DNA of 64,000 nucleotides from Mobula hypostoma (GCF_963921235.1 NC_086097.1:255008001-255072000); one strand, 5' to 3'. Positions 50,308 to 63,434 are shown, counted from the first letter of the stretch. The notes: generated by a model from the letters alone, not told the origin. Numbers and translations are program-made.

Positions 50308-52991
50308 ACACACATCAAAGTTGCTGGTGAACGCAGCAGGCCAGCCAGAATCTCTAGGAAGAGGTACAGTCGACGTTTCAGGCCGAGACCCTTCGTCTGG
50401 CCTAACTGCAGGATGAGCTAGTAAGAGATTTGAAAGTGGGAGGGGGAGGGGTGATCCAAAATGAAAGGAGAAGACAGGAGGGGGAGGGATGGAGCCAAGA
50501 GCTGGACAGGTGATTGGCAAAGGGAATATGAGAGGATCATGGGACAGGATACCCAGGGAGAAGAAAAAGTAGCGGGGGGGGGGCGAAGCCCCGTGGATGG
50601 GCAAGGGGTATATTCAGAGGGACAGAGAGAGACAAAGGAGAGAGAGAAAAAGAATGTGTGTATATAAATAAATAACGGATGGGATACGAGGGGGAGGTGG
50701 GGCATTAGCGGAAGTTAGAGAAGTCAATGTTCATGCCATCAGGTTGAAGGCTACCCAGACGGAATATGAAGTGTTGCTCCTCCAACCTGAGTGTGGCTTC
50801 ATCTTTACAGTAGAGGAGGCCGTGGATAGACATATCAGAATGGGAATGGGATGTAGAATTAAAATGTGTGGCCACTGGGAGATACTGCTGTCTCTGGCAG
50901 GCAGAGCGTAGGTGTTCAGCGAAACCATCTCCCAGTCTGCATCTGGTCTCGCCAATATATAGGAGGCCACATCGGGAGCACCGGAAGCAGCATATCACCC
51001 CAGCCGACTCACAGGTGAAGTATCGCCTCAATTGGAAGGACTGTCTGGGGCCCTGAATGGCGGTAAGGGAGGAAGTGTAAGGGCATGAGTAGCACTTGTT
51101 CCGCTTACAAGGATAAGTGCCAGGAGGGAGATCAGTGGAGAGGGATGGGGGCGGGGGGAACGAATGGACAAGGGAGTCGCGTAGGGAGCGATCCCTGCGG
51201 AAAGCAGAGAGAGAGGGGGAGGGAAAGATGTGCTGAGTGGTGGGATCCCGTTGTACGTGGCGGATGTTACGGAGAATAATATGTTGGACCTGGAGGCCGG
51301 TGGGGTGGTAGGTGAGGACCAGAGGACTAATTCCGTTAGACGGAGCAGGGTGGTGGTAGAGGGGATCTGATTAGGTCTGGAATCCAAAAAGTAGCGGAGA
51401 GCTTTGAGACCTTCCTGATGGGGGACGGAAGTATATAGGGACTGGACATCCATGGTGAAAATAAAGCGGTGGGGGCCAGGGAACTTAAAGTCATCGGAAA
51501 GTTTAAGAGCGTGAGAAGTGTCACGAACATAGGTCGGAAGGGATTGAACAAGGGGGGATGAAACCGTGTCGAGGTATGCAGAAACGAGTTCGGTGGGGCA
51601 GGAGCAAGCTGAAACAATAGGTCTGCCGGGACAGGCAGGTTTGTGGATCTTGGGTCGGAGGTAGAAACGGGAAAGGCGAGGTGTGGGAACTATAAGATTG
51701 GTAGCAGTGGATGGGAGATCCCCAGAGCTGACAAGGTTGGTGATGGTGTGGGAGACAACGGCCTGGTGCTCCTTAGTGGGGTCATGATCGAGGGGTAAAT
51801 AAGAGGAGGTATCAGCGAGTTGTCGCTGTGCCTCCGTAAGGTAGAGGTCAGTAAGCCAGACGACAACAGCACCCTGCTTATCGGCGGGTTTAATAGTAAG
51901 GTCAGGATTAGTGCGGAGGGAGTGGAGAGCAGAGTGTTCCGAAGGAGTGAGGTTGGAATGGGAACAAGGTGCGGTGAAGTCGAGACGGTTGATGTCCCGT
52001 CGGCAGTTAGCAATAAAGAGATCCAGAGCAGGCAGAAGACCAGAGCGGGGTGTCCATGAAGAGAAGGAGGGTTGAAGATGGGAGAAGGGGTCATCGGAGG
52101 GGGTGGAAGAGTCCTTGCCGAAGAAGTAGGCTCGGAGACGGAAACGGCGGAAGAAGAGTTCCGCATCATGGCGAACGCGGAGCTCGCTGAGATGTGGGCG
52201 AAGGGGGACAAAGGTGAGGCCCTTACTGAGGACTGATTGTTCTGCCTGAGACATTTGAAGGTCGGAGGGGACGGTAAAGACCCGGCACGGATGAGAGCTG
52301 AGATCAGAGGGGGGAAGGTGGAGGCTGGGGGAGTCAGTGGAGAGGGGAGGGTTGGGGTGAGAGGAAGATGGAGCCTCTGAGGGCTCAGGAGCCGACAGTA
52401 GAATATGACGGAGACGGGGTTGCAGAGTGATGGTGGGGGACGGGGAGACGGTAGTCACAATAGCAGCACATACAGACATAGAAACATAGAAACATAGAAA
52501 ATAGGTGCAGGAGTAGGCCATTCGGCCCTTCGAACCTGCACCGCCATTCAGTATGATCATGGCTGATCACCCAACTCAGAACCCTGTACCAGCCCTCCCT
52601 CCATACCCCCGAACCCTTTAGCCACAAGGGCCATATCTAACTCCCTCTTAAATATAGGCAATGAACTGGCCTCAACTGTTTCCTGCGGCAGAGAATTCCA
52701 CAGATTCACCACTCTCTGTGTGAAGAAGTGTTTTCTAATCTCGGTCCTAAAAGGCTCCCCCTTAATTCTCAAGCTGTGACCCCTCGTTCTGGAGCGGCCT
52801 GAAGTTCAAGGCTGGAGTCGCAGTTGGTGGTAGCGCAATAACTTTGAAGGTGTGCATGGTCATTGGGGGAGTCCGGGTTTTGAATATGCCCCGAGGTGTT
52901 GGCGCCGACAAGATCAATGGCAGCGGCCACAATCTGAAGTTCATGCCTGCTAGCGTCAGGGCCAGCAGGCTCTGGGGTCTGCAGCTGTAAT
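50308..52991 (-). mobile_element. Penelope-like retroelement (RT + GIY-YIG), 5'-truncated, RT core deleted
   Basis: IKPADK, PGRPIVS, FTMDVQSLYTSVP; GIY-YIG-type CSRCGLLYIGET; TSD CAAT(G/A)CCGTAA at 50297-50307 and 52992-53002. Confidence 0.92.
52476..52792 (-). mobile_element. CR1 3' end nested in the Penelope element
   Basis: (TTTCTATG)n tail; FFTQRVVNLWNSLP. Confidence 0.88.
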
Positions 52992-54207
52992 CAATACCGT
53001 AATTTGATAACAGCAGACCACGGGTACGGAAAAAAAGGCTCAAAGTCCCGATGGCCTCATTATCTCACGCAGACGGTAGAAGGAAGAAACTCCGCCTGCC
53101 ATGAGGATCAAGCGCGCGAACTTGCCGATGCAGCGTCCTGGAAGCACCCGACCACAGTCCGATTCTGAGTCTGTCCGAAATCTTCGAGCCTCCGACCAGC
53201 GCTCTGACACCGAGCACCGAGCACCATCTCTGCCGAGCGGATCGACCCAGGCCCCGGCCGCCAAGCAGCAGGCAAAGCCGAGGATTCGGGGCATTCCCCT
53301 CCGGAGATTTCGAATCACACAGTAGCAGCGGCAGCGAAGCAGGTATTTCAGAAGTTTCATCAGATGTTCCTCCGTGCTCTCACGTCTGCCTCCATCAAAT
53401 CAGAATTGTGCACGGCCTCCTACTTGACAGATAACAGATATTCATCACCGGAGAGGCCGCGCGTAGCAAGTGTACAGAGGAAGAGACCGACACAAAGGCC
53501 CAGATGGAACATCGGTGACCTCTTCGTTGGAAGACATTTAGCAATCAGTCTAGGTTGAGCGATTCCAAATTGTACGAGCAAAGGATGCCAGAATCTGAAA
53601 TTCGGGGCATCGTTGGAGGGCACCTTTGAAAGCGAAGGCAGATGACGACATTGTTATCGGCCTTACGTCGTTTCCATATATGCTTTGAGGTGGAATTCGG
53701 GTCATCTGTGCGGTGGCGCAAGTCGGGAGAAAAATCTTCACATTTCTGCAAGAGCTTTGAAGTGGGAGCTGTGAAACAGAAGAGGCAGATGTGCATTAGG
53801 TGTACAGGAACATGAAATTGGAGCGCCCTGCACAAGCCAGTTCTTGGAACAGCAGGTTTGCAGTGTGCGTATGTCTGCAGTGTTTTGTCCCTCCTATCAT
53901 CGTCCAGGAGAGAGGCAAATCTTCCAGTGATGATGGAATTCAGTCATTGAGCTTTTCAGCTGATTTGTCATTTGGCTGTACTTTTCCAAAAGTGTCGGAA
54001 AATGCGGCCATGAAATAGACATGAATGGCAGATCCGAGAAAGCTCTGTTTGATAGCAGTGTAGATTTCCAGCAGAATGTTGAGTTGTAGATGGAGTTTTA
54101 CAATCTGCCGGATGAAATGGATGACGCGGCCATCTCCTTGGTTCATGAAGAATATCTGCTTCTGACACATGAGCTCCCGCCGGGGCGTAATAATACAGGA
54201 AAGGTGA

Positions 54208-56509
54208 ATAGAAACATTGAAACATAGATAATAGGTGCAGGAGTAGGCCCTTCGGCCCTTCGAGCCTGCACCGCCATTCAGTATGATCATGGCTGATCAT
54301 CCAACAAAGAACCCTGTAGCTAACTTCTCTGCATAGCCCCGATCCCTTTAGCCACAAGGCCATATCTAACTCCCTCTTAAATATAGCCAATGAACTGGCC
54401 TCAACTGTTTCCTGTGGCAGAGAATTCCACTGATTTACCACTCGCTGTGTGAAGAACTTTTTCCTAATCTCAGTCCTAAAAGGCATCCCCTTTATCCTCA
54501 AACTGTGACCCCTCGTTCAGGACTTCCCCAACACTGGGAACAATCTTCCTGCATCTAGCCTGTCCAATCCCTTTAGTATTTTATAGATTTCAATAAGATC
54601 CCCCCTCAATCTTCTAAATTCTAACGGGTATAAACCTAGTCGATCCAGTCTTTCATCATATAAAAGTCCTGCCATCCCAGGAATCAATCTGGTGAACTTC
54701 TTTCGACTCCCTCTATGGCACGAATGTCCTTCCTCAGATTAGGGGACCAAAACTGCACACAATACTCCAGGGGTAGTCTCACCAAGGCTTCGTACAACTG
54801 CAGTAGTACCTTCCTGCTCCTGTACTCGAATCCTCTTGCTATGAATGCCAGCATACCATTTGCCTTTTTCACCGCCTGCTGTACCTGCATGCCTACTTTC
54901 AATGACTGGTGTATAATGACACCCAGGTCTCGTTGCACCTCCTCTTTTCCTAATCGGCTACCATTCAGATAATAATCTGTTTTCCTGTTTTTGCCACCAA
55001 GGTGGATAATCTCACATTTATCCACATTAAATGGCATCTGCCATGAATTTGCCCACTCACCCAACCTATCCAAGTCACCCTGCATCCTCTTAGCATCCTC
55101 CTCACAACTAACACTGCCGCCCCACTTCGTGTCATCCGCAAACTTAGAGATGCTGCGTTTAATTCCCTCATCCAAGTCATTAATATATATTCTAAACAAC
55201 TGGGGTCCCAGCACTGAGCTTTGCGGTACCCCACTAGTCACTGCTTGCCATTCTGAAAAGGTCCCGTTTATTCCCACTCTTTGCTTCCTGTCTGCTAACC
55301 AATTCTCCACCCACACCAATACCTTACCCCCAATACCGTGTGCTTTAAGTTTGCACACTAATCTCCTGTGTGGGACTTGTCAAAAGCCTTTTGAAAATCC
55401 AAATATACCACATCCACTGGTTCTCCCCTATCCACTCTACCGGTTATATCCTCAAAAAAATTCTATGAGATTCGTCAGACATGATTTTCCTTTCACAAAT
55501 CCATGCTGAGTTTGTCCGATGATTTCATCGCTTTCCAAATGTGCTGTTATCACATCTTTGATAACTGACTCTAGCATTTTCACCACCACCGATGTTAGGC
55601 TACCGGTCTATAATTCCCTGGTTTCTCTCTCCCTTCTTTTTTTTTTAAAAAAAGGGTTACATTAGCCACCCCCCAATCCTCAGGAACTAGTCCAGAATCT
55701 AAAGAGATTTGAAAAATTATCACTAATGCATCCACTATTTCTTGGGCTACTTCCTTAAGCACTCTGGGATGCAGACCATCTGGCCCTGGGAATTTATCTG
55801 CCTTTAATCCCTTAAAGTTACCTAACACCACTTCCCTACTAACATGAATTTCCCTCAATTCCTCCATCTCACTGGACCCTCTGTCCCCTACTATGTCCAG
55901 AAGATTATTTATGTTCTCCTCAGTGAAGACAGAACCAAAGTAGTTATTCAATTGGTCTGCCATGTCCTTGTTCCCCATAATCAATTCACCTGTTTCTGTC
56001 TGTAGGGGACCTACATTTGTCTTAACCAATCTTTTTCTTTTCGCATAGCTATAAAAGCTTTTACAGTCAGTTTTTATGTTCCCTGCCAGTTTTCTCTCAT
56101 AATCTTTTTTTTTTCCCTTTCCTAATTAAGCCCTTTGTCCTCCTCTGCTGAACTCTGAATTTCTCCCAGTCCTCAGGTGAGCCGCTTTTTCTGGCTAATT
56201 TGTAAGTTTCTTCTTTGGAATTGATACTGTCCCTAATTTCCCTTGTCAGCTATGGGTGCACTACCTTCCCTGATTTATTCTTTTGCCAAACTGGGATGAA
56301 CAATTGTTGTAGTTCATCCATTCGATCTTATAATGCTTCCCATTGCATATCCACTGTCAACCCTCTAAGTGTCATTTGCCAGTCTATCTTAGCTAATTGA
56401 CGTCTAATACCTTCAAATTACCCTTCTTTAAGTTCAGAACCTGTGTTTCAGAATTAATTATGTCACTCTCCATCTCAATGATGAGTTCCACCATATGATG
56501 GTCACTCCT
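54208..56509 (-). mobile_element. 5'-truncated CR1 LINE, frameshifted
   Basis: PGPDGLHPRVLKE, GVPQ.SVLGP, KFADD; splits the unit at GGTGAAT|GCGGGAAGG. Confidence 0.93.
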
Positions 56510-56944
56510 GTGCGGGAAGGTTGCGAACTGTGGTGTTGTTGCCGATATGTGGGTGTTGAGGGACCAGATTTCAGCTGAGGTGAATATGCATGTTCACGGA
56601 AACGACGCATTACACGGTATGTTTCGGTGGCTCTGTGAGGAAGTGATTGTACGCTGAATGTTTTTCGGTACATTGAAGTGGAGATTTCAATTCCAACAGC
56701 AATAACAATCAGTTGTAAAACTAGATCGAAGGATAATTATTTTCATGCAGCAGAATGAATTGTCGTTTGGGGACATGAAAGGTGACCGTGGCTGAGAACG
56801 ACCGTATGTGTGTCTGAGTGGTTGGTTGATGATTGAGTGAGTGTGTCTGTGTGTGAGCTGCTGATTGTGCAACGGTGAGCCGTCGCAGTCATGCAATGGT
56901 GCTTGTGGCGCAGAGCAAATTAGGGGAGGTGGATCGGATGTGCT

Positions 56945-56996
56945 GCGGAATTAGCTCAAATGGTAGAGAGCTCGCTTAGCATGCGAGAGGTAGCGA
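56945..56996 (+). pseudogene. 3'-truncated tRNA-Ala
   Basis: 5' 52 nt, then fusion into the TAATC-tailed element; the Tyr partner is deleted. Confidence 0.85.
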
Positions 56997-57360
56997 CTCT
57001 GAATCCGTCCGAAAAGTTCCAGCCTCCCACCAGCCGTCCGACACCCAGTACCGAGCACCACATCCCCCAAGCGCATCGACACAGGCCCCGTAAGCCAAGC
57101 AACAGGCAAACCCGAGGATACGGGGCACTCCTCTCTGGAGATTTTGGATGACACAGTAGAAGCAGCAGCGAAGTAGGCAATTCAGAAGTTTCACCAGATG
57201 TTCCTCCGTGCTCTTATTTCTGCTTCCATCAAATGAGAATTGTGCAGGGCCTCTTACTTGGCAGGTAACAGATATTCATCACCGGAGAGGCCGCGCATAG
57301 CAAGTGTACAGAGGAGGAGACCGACACAAAAGCCCAGATGGAACATCAGTAACCTCCTCC

Positions 57361-59942
57361 ATAGAACCATAGAACCATAGAAACTACAGCACAGAAACAG
57401 GCCCTTTGGCCCTTCTTGGCTGTGCCAAACCATTTTCTGACTAGTCCCACTGACCTGCACACGGACCATATCCCTCCATACACCTCCCATCCATGTATCC
57501 GTCCAATTTATTCTTAAATGTTAAAAAAGAACCCGTATTTCCCACCTCGTCTGGCAACTCATTCCATGCTCCCACCACTCTCTGTGTGAAGAAGCCCCCA
57601 CTAATGTTCCCTTTAAACTTTTCCCCACTCACCCTTAACCCATGTCCTCTGTTTTTTTTCTCCCCCTGCCTCAGTGGAAAAAGCCTGCTTGCATTCACTC
57701 TATCTATACCCATCATAATTTTATATACCTCTATCAAATCTCCCCTCATTCTTCTACGCTCCAGGGAATAAAGTCCTAACCTATTCAACCTTTCTCTGTA
57801 ACTGAGTTTCTCAACTCCCGGCAACATCCTTGTAAACCTTCTCTGCACTCTTTCAACCTTATTTATATCCTTCCTGTAATTTGGTGACCAAAACTGAATA
57901 CAATACTCCAGATTCGGCCTCACCATTGCCTTATACAACCTCATCATAACATTCCAGCTCATATACTCAATACTTTGATTAATAAAGGCCAATGTAACAA
58001 AAGATCTCTTTACGACCCTATCTACCTGTGACGACACTTTTAGGGAATTTTGTATCTGTATTCCCAGATCCCTCTGTTCCACTGCACTCCTCAGTGCCTT
58101 ACCATTAACCCTGTATGTTCCACGTTGGTTTGTCCTTCCAACGTGCAATACCTCACACTTGTCTGTATTAAACTCCATCTGCCATTTTTCAGCCCATTTT
58201 TCCAGCTGGTCCAAGTCCCTCTGCAGGCTCTGAAAACCTTCCTCACTGTCTACTACACCTCCAATCTTTGTATCATCAGCAAACTTGCTGATCCAATTTA
58301 CCACATTATCATCCAGATCATTGATATAGATGACAAATAACAATGGGCCCAGCACTGATCCCTGTGGCACACCGCTAGTCACAGACCTCCACTCAGAGAA
58401 GCAATTCTCTACCACCACTCTCTGGCTTCTTCCATCGAGCCAATGTCTAATCCAATTTACCACCTCTCCATGTATACCTAGCGACTGAATTTTCCTAACT
58501 AACCTCCCATGCGGGACCTTGTCAAAGGCCTTACTGAAGTCCATGTAGACAATATCCACTGCCTTCTCTTCATCCACTTTCCTGGTAACCTCCTCGAAAA
58601 ACTCCAACAGATTGGTCAAACATGACCTACCACGCACAAAGCCATGTTGACTCTCCCTAATAAGCCCCTGTCTATCCAAATGCTTGTAGATTCGGTCTCT
58701 TAGTACTCCCTCCAATAACTTACCTACTACTGACGTTAAACTCACCGGCCTATAATTTCCCAGATTACTTTTCGATCCTTTTTTAAACAACGGAACAACA
58801 TGAGCCACTCTCCAACCCTCCGGCACTTCACCCGTAGACAGCGACATTTTAAATATTTCTTCCAGGGCCCCCGCAATTTCAACACTAGTCTCCTTCAAGG
58901 TCCGAGGGAACACTCTGTCAGGTCCCGGGGATTTATCCACTTTAATTTTCCTCAAGACAGCAAGGACCTCCTCCTTTTCAATCTGTACAGTTTCCATGGT
59001 CTCACTACTTGATTCCCTCAATTCCATAGATTTCATGCCGGCTTCCTTAGTAAATACAGATGCAAATAACCTATTTAAGATCTCCCCCATTTCCTTTGGT
59101 TCCGCACAAAGCCGACCACTCTGATCTTCAAGGGGACCAATTTTATCCCTTACAATCCTTTTGCTCTTAATATACTTGTAAAAGCTCTTTGGATTAACCT
59201 TCACTTTGACTGCCAAGGCAACCTCATGTCTTCTTTTAGCCCTCCTGATTTCTTTCTTAAGTATTTTCTTGCACTTCCTATACTCCTCAAGCACCTGATT
59301 TACCCCCTGTTTCCTATACCTTTCATACAACTCCCTCTTCTTCTTTATCAGAGTTGCAATATCCCTTGAGAACCAAGGTTCCTTATTCCTATTCAATTTG
59401 CCTTTAATCCTGACAGGAACATACAAACTCTGCACTCTCAAAATTTCCCCTTTGAAGGCTTCCCACCTACCAATCACATCTTTGCCAGAGAACAACCTGT
59501 CCCAATCCACACTTTTTCGATCCTTTCTCATTTCTTCAAATTTGGCCTTCTTCCAGTTCAGAACCTCAACCCTAGGACCAGATCTATCCTTGTCCATGAT
59601 CAAATTGAAACTAATGGCGTTATGATCACTGGAACCAAAGTGCTCCCCTACAGAGACTACCGTCACTTGCCCTAATTCGTTTCCTAACAGGAGATCCAAT
59701 ATTGCATCCCCTCTAGTTGGTCCCTCTATATACTGATTTAGAAAACTTTCCTGAACACATTTTACAAACTCTAAACCATCTAGACCCCTAACAGTATGGG
59801 AGTCCCAATCAATATATGGAAAATTAAAATCCCCTGCCGCCACAACTTTATGTTTCCTGCAGTTGTCTGCTATCTCTCTGCAGATTTGCTCTTCCAAGTC
59901 ACGTAGACTATTGGGTGGTCTGTAATACAATCCCACTAATGT
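57361..59942 (-). mobile_element. 5'-truncated CR1 LINE with uninterrupted ORF2 (C-terminal half of endonuclease + RT)
   Basis: ORF 57441-60035 (864 aa): YYRPP, GDFNFP, SDH, NYRPVSLTS, KFADD; (TTCTATGG)n tail at 57361. Confidence 0.96.
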
Positions 59943-60039
59943 GTAGTTGTAACAGTGAACCAAATGCTCAATACGTTGAATCCATCTGCTCTTTTCGCAG
60001 ATCTCCAGAGCCCGAACATGTCCAGCTAGTTTCAATTAA

Positions 60040-60613
60040 ACCTCTCAGGCTGGGTATCGCCTTGTGGATGATATTACGGTATTACGACAGGAGAACCGTC
60101 TGTCGTCGGGGATTCGGAATATCTGCGGCTGTGTGCCCAGACACTCGTTATCTTTGGGCAGAGAGCCTGGAAAAAGCGACATGGCGGTCTTTTAGCGTCG
60201 TAAACCAGCGGGTTGTTTGTTATGTCTCCCCCGCTCGTTGTGAAAACGGAGACATCTGTTTCTCCCGTATTAGGGAGCGAGAGAGATCCTGTGGTATGTC
60301 GAATACCGGGTGAACAATGTAGTCTTTGGGGTAATTCCAAGTCTCTGTCTTTATTGTTGCTTTGCTCACGCTTGAGTGCTCGGTGGCGGATGCTGATGTT
60401 TTTTTTTGCCGGAGGGGTGGTGGGATTGTTTTTTGCTGCCGCTTACGCGCGGGAGGGTGGAGCTGGGGGAGTATTTTGGAGGTTTTAACTTTTTACTTTC
60501 GTTCATTCTGTGGAGCATTTCTCTGTTTTCATGGATGGTTACGAGAAAAGCGTTTCAGGGTGTATATTATACACATTTCTCTGACATTAAATTGTACCTT
60601 TGAAACCTTTGAA
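60040..60613 (+). mobile_element. Possible non-autonomous retroposon
   Basis: Ends ...CTGACATTAAATTGTACCTTTGAAACCTTTGAA (short tandem tail); CpG-rich 5' part; no ORF. Confidence 0.4.
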
Positions 60614-61689
60614 CTCTCGTGCAGAAATATGTAGAGTGGTCTTCAGGCTCGTGTCAGAACACAAATGAGCAGCAAGTAGCACCTCATCTGAGCTACACAA
60701 CCAGGATATGACCGAGCACAATGACGCAAGATGGCTTCGCTTTGAATGGGTGGCCTTCAACTGCGTGCCGACATTCAGATTCTGGCACCACCTGCTGGTG
60801 TGGATTTGGCAGCACTGAACCTTGAGTGAGTGTGAAGACCGAGCGCTCTGGAATGAGATCCGGTGATAAGCCAGTCTTGGGAATTGTGTGAAATGATGCG
60901 AATTCCCCAGAACATTTGCCTCATGTTGGTTTCTTCGTTCTGTGCCAACTCCAATGCATGCTCGCAGCAACTACCTATTAAGACCATAAGACCATAAGAT
61001 ATAGGAGCAGAAGGAGGCCATTCAATACAGGCCGATCCAATTCTTCCAGTCATCCCCACTTCCCTGCCTATACCCCGTACCTTTTGATGCCCTGGCTAAT
61101 CCAGAACCTATCCATCTCTGCCTTATATACACCCAATGACTTGGCTCCGCAGCCGCTCGTCGCAACAAATTCCACAGATTTACCAACCTCTGACTAAAGT
61201 AATTTCTCCGCATATCGGTTCTAAAAGGACATCTTACAATCCTGAAGTTGTGCCCTCTTATACTAGAATCCCATACCATAGGAAATAAATTTCCCATATC
61301 TAATCTGTTCAGGCCTTTTAACATTCGGAATGTTTCTATGAGATCCCCCCTCATTCTCCTGAACTCCAGGGAATACAGCCCAAGTGCTGCCAGACAGTCT
61401 TCATACGGTAACCCTTTCATTCCTGGAATCATTCTTGTGAATCTTCTCTCAACTCTCTCCAACGTCAGTGTGTCCTTTCTAAAATATGGAGCCAAAAACT
61501 GCAAGACCATACGCTTTCCAACATTGTATTTCATTTGCCACTTCTTTACCCATTCCCTTAACCTCTCCACGTCTCTTTGCAGGCTCTCTGTTTACTTCAA
61601 CACTACCCACTCTTCCACCTACCCTTGTACCATCGGCAAATTTAGCCACAAATCCATGAACACCGTAGTCGAAATCATTGACATACATC

Positions 61690-63434
61690 CATGGCCGGAT
61701 TTAGTGGGGCCGGGGCCCTTGCGCAGGAGATCCTGATGGGCCCCTGGGCTGGAGACCCTGATGGGCCCCTATCGACACTGTAAAATGCTGCTGTACCAAG
61801 CAGAAAAAAAAGGCAAGAACAAGAGCAAAGGTCGTACTGGTCTAGATATCAAAGCTGTGGATCTAGGCATTGGTTTAGTACAATACGTAGGCTATAAACT
61901 TATTGGCCTTCAGCGGGAGGACAGAAATTAATGCAGATTCTTAGTTTGAAGGACAACATCTAAAACACTCAAAAACTGACCTAGGCTTTGTTGGCTTAGT
62001 AAAGTTATGAGGGAGACGAAGTAAGATGTACCCAATCTTAAATCTTTATTTAGCTATTGTTGCACATGCCACAGGCCTTATTTATCTAACAATGCCAAGC
62101 ATTTTTATCTCAGTATTTTTCTCAACCGTGTGTTCTGAGAAAGTAAAGTGGAAATGAGAGACATAAAGGCCAAGAGACATGGCACTATGGCAAACTAGAA
62201 ACTTGACAATACTCCAACAATCTTTTTTGAAAAATGAGATCTATCACATACTAACCTATTGCTGTGCTGTGTGGCTTGCAGAGTAAAGACCACTTATTAC
62301 TTACTAGGTTTGTAAAAAGTCAACTATTAGCCTATTGTCACAAAAACAGGAACAGCACTGACACGCAAGCCTAGATATTTACAAAGTCAGATGTTTGTTT
62401 CTAGAAATTAAAGCCTAGTTCTTCTGGATTTCTTCGCAGCAAAGTCCTTGATCAGATCACTAAATTCCAGTTTCCGATCAAGATCAGTTTCAAGTGACAT
62501 CAGAGTAAGATGACTCAGCTTGTCCTGTCCCATTGTGGATCTGAGCCTATTCTTCACTAACTTGAGCTTGGAGAAAGATCGCTCACCACTTGCACTTGTG
62601 ACAGGGAGAGTCAGGTAAAGCCTCAAAGCAATGCTTACATTTGGGAAGATGACCTGCAAGTTTTTTTTTTCTGTAAGGAAGCGTAAAAGCTCTGTTGCGG
62701 ATGAAATATCTTTCCCAGTTACAAATTCCCTGAAATGGACAATCTCGTCCACAAAACAAAACACACAGCCGGTGGAAGGGAAATATAAGAGCCATTGCCT
62801 TGATATGTACTCACCATTTACGAGCTTGCGTTTGAAGTGAAATTTGGAGAAAAAAACGTCTCTGCTGTTTGTATTCTCGTTCCGAAGCTTTGATATCCAC
62901 ATCCTTATTCTGGCAGGACTCCGGCCCTTTCTTAGCCCAGTATGCTCGGACTGAATCATCTAACGTTTCCTTTCCCCAGCGAGCAGGATCAGTGCTGTAA
63001 GGATCCACAGTAGCGGTAACGTTAACATTAATGGTGGCCCGACTTGGTTGTTCGGAGGCCTCTGTGGTCGGGAATCCCAAAGTCATGCTCCCTGCCTCTT
63101 CAACGTTAGCTGCTGACTGTGGCAAAGACAGTGGTCTTGTGCTGGTGCTAGCGCTAGGTGTTGAACAAGTCTCTATTTGTCCATCGGTCTCAGACTGTGA
63201 CAAGAGCTATGGTACTGCTGCATAATTGAGAAGAGGTTTAAAAAATTCTGTCAATTTCAATGTCTTTTTTAATGCTTCTTTCTCACGTCCTCTTTTTCTT
63301 ATTTCTTTTTTTCTTTTCTGTCTTCCACTCTCATTTTTTTGTCCGCCATAATAATAACTACCTGTTTTGGGCCCCTCTGCAGCTCTGGCCCCTGGGCTGC
63401 AGCCCAGCCTAGCCCTGCCTAAAGACCGGCCCTG
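61690..63434 (-). mobile_element. Internally deleted hAT DNA transposon, 8-bp TSD CATACATC
   Basis: TIRs CATGGCCGGATTTAG / CTAAAGACCGGCCCTG; TSD at 61682-61689 and 63435-63442. Confidence 0.92.
62408..63335 (-). pseudogene. hAT transposase remnant (TTF-type Zn-finger start fused to C-terminal dimerisation domain)
   Basis: RQWLLYFPSTGCVFCF joined to FPNVSIALRLYLTLPVTSASGERSFSKLKLVKNRLRSTM; catalytic core absent. Confidence 0.88.

Larger units (their letters stand above)
1..57360 (+). repeat. Degenerate tandem array of ~15 tRNA-Ala/tRNA-Tyr repeat units
   Basis: Same block order (LINE fossil - Ala - spacer - Tyr - TAATC-tailed element) recurs; Tyr anchors at 3683, 5869, 9447, 12457, 16429, 22172, 25898, (27501), 30847, 32576, 36144, 40172, 47277, 49792. 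Confidence 0.95.

Noticed and set aside
57441..60035. RT next to structured RNA repeats as a retron or DGR-like system
   Set aside because: The RT is a standard CR1 LINE ORF2 with an APE domain and tandem-repeat tail; nothing links it functionally to the tRNA array
62408..62959. Host ZMYM1-like gene exon
   Set aside because: Enclosed by TIRs and an 8-bp TSD inside a CR1; frameshifted and internally deleted, so a transposon remnant
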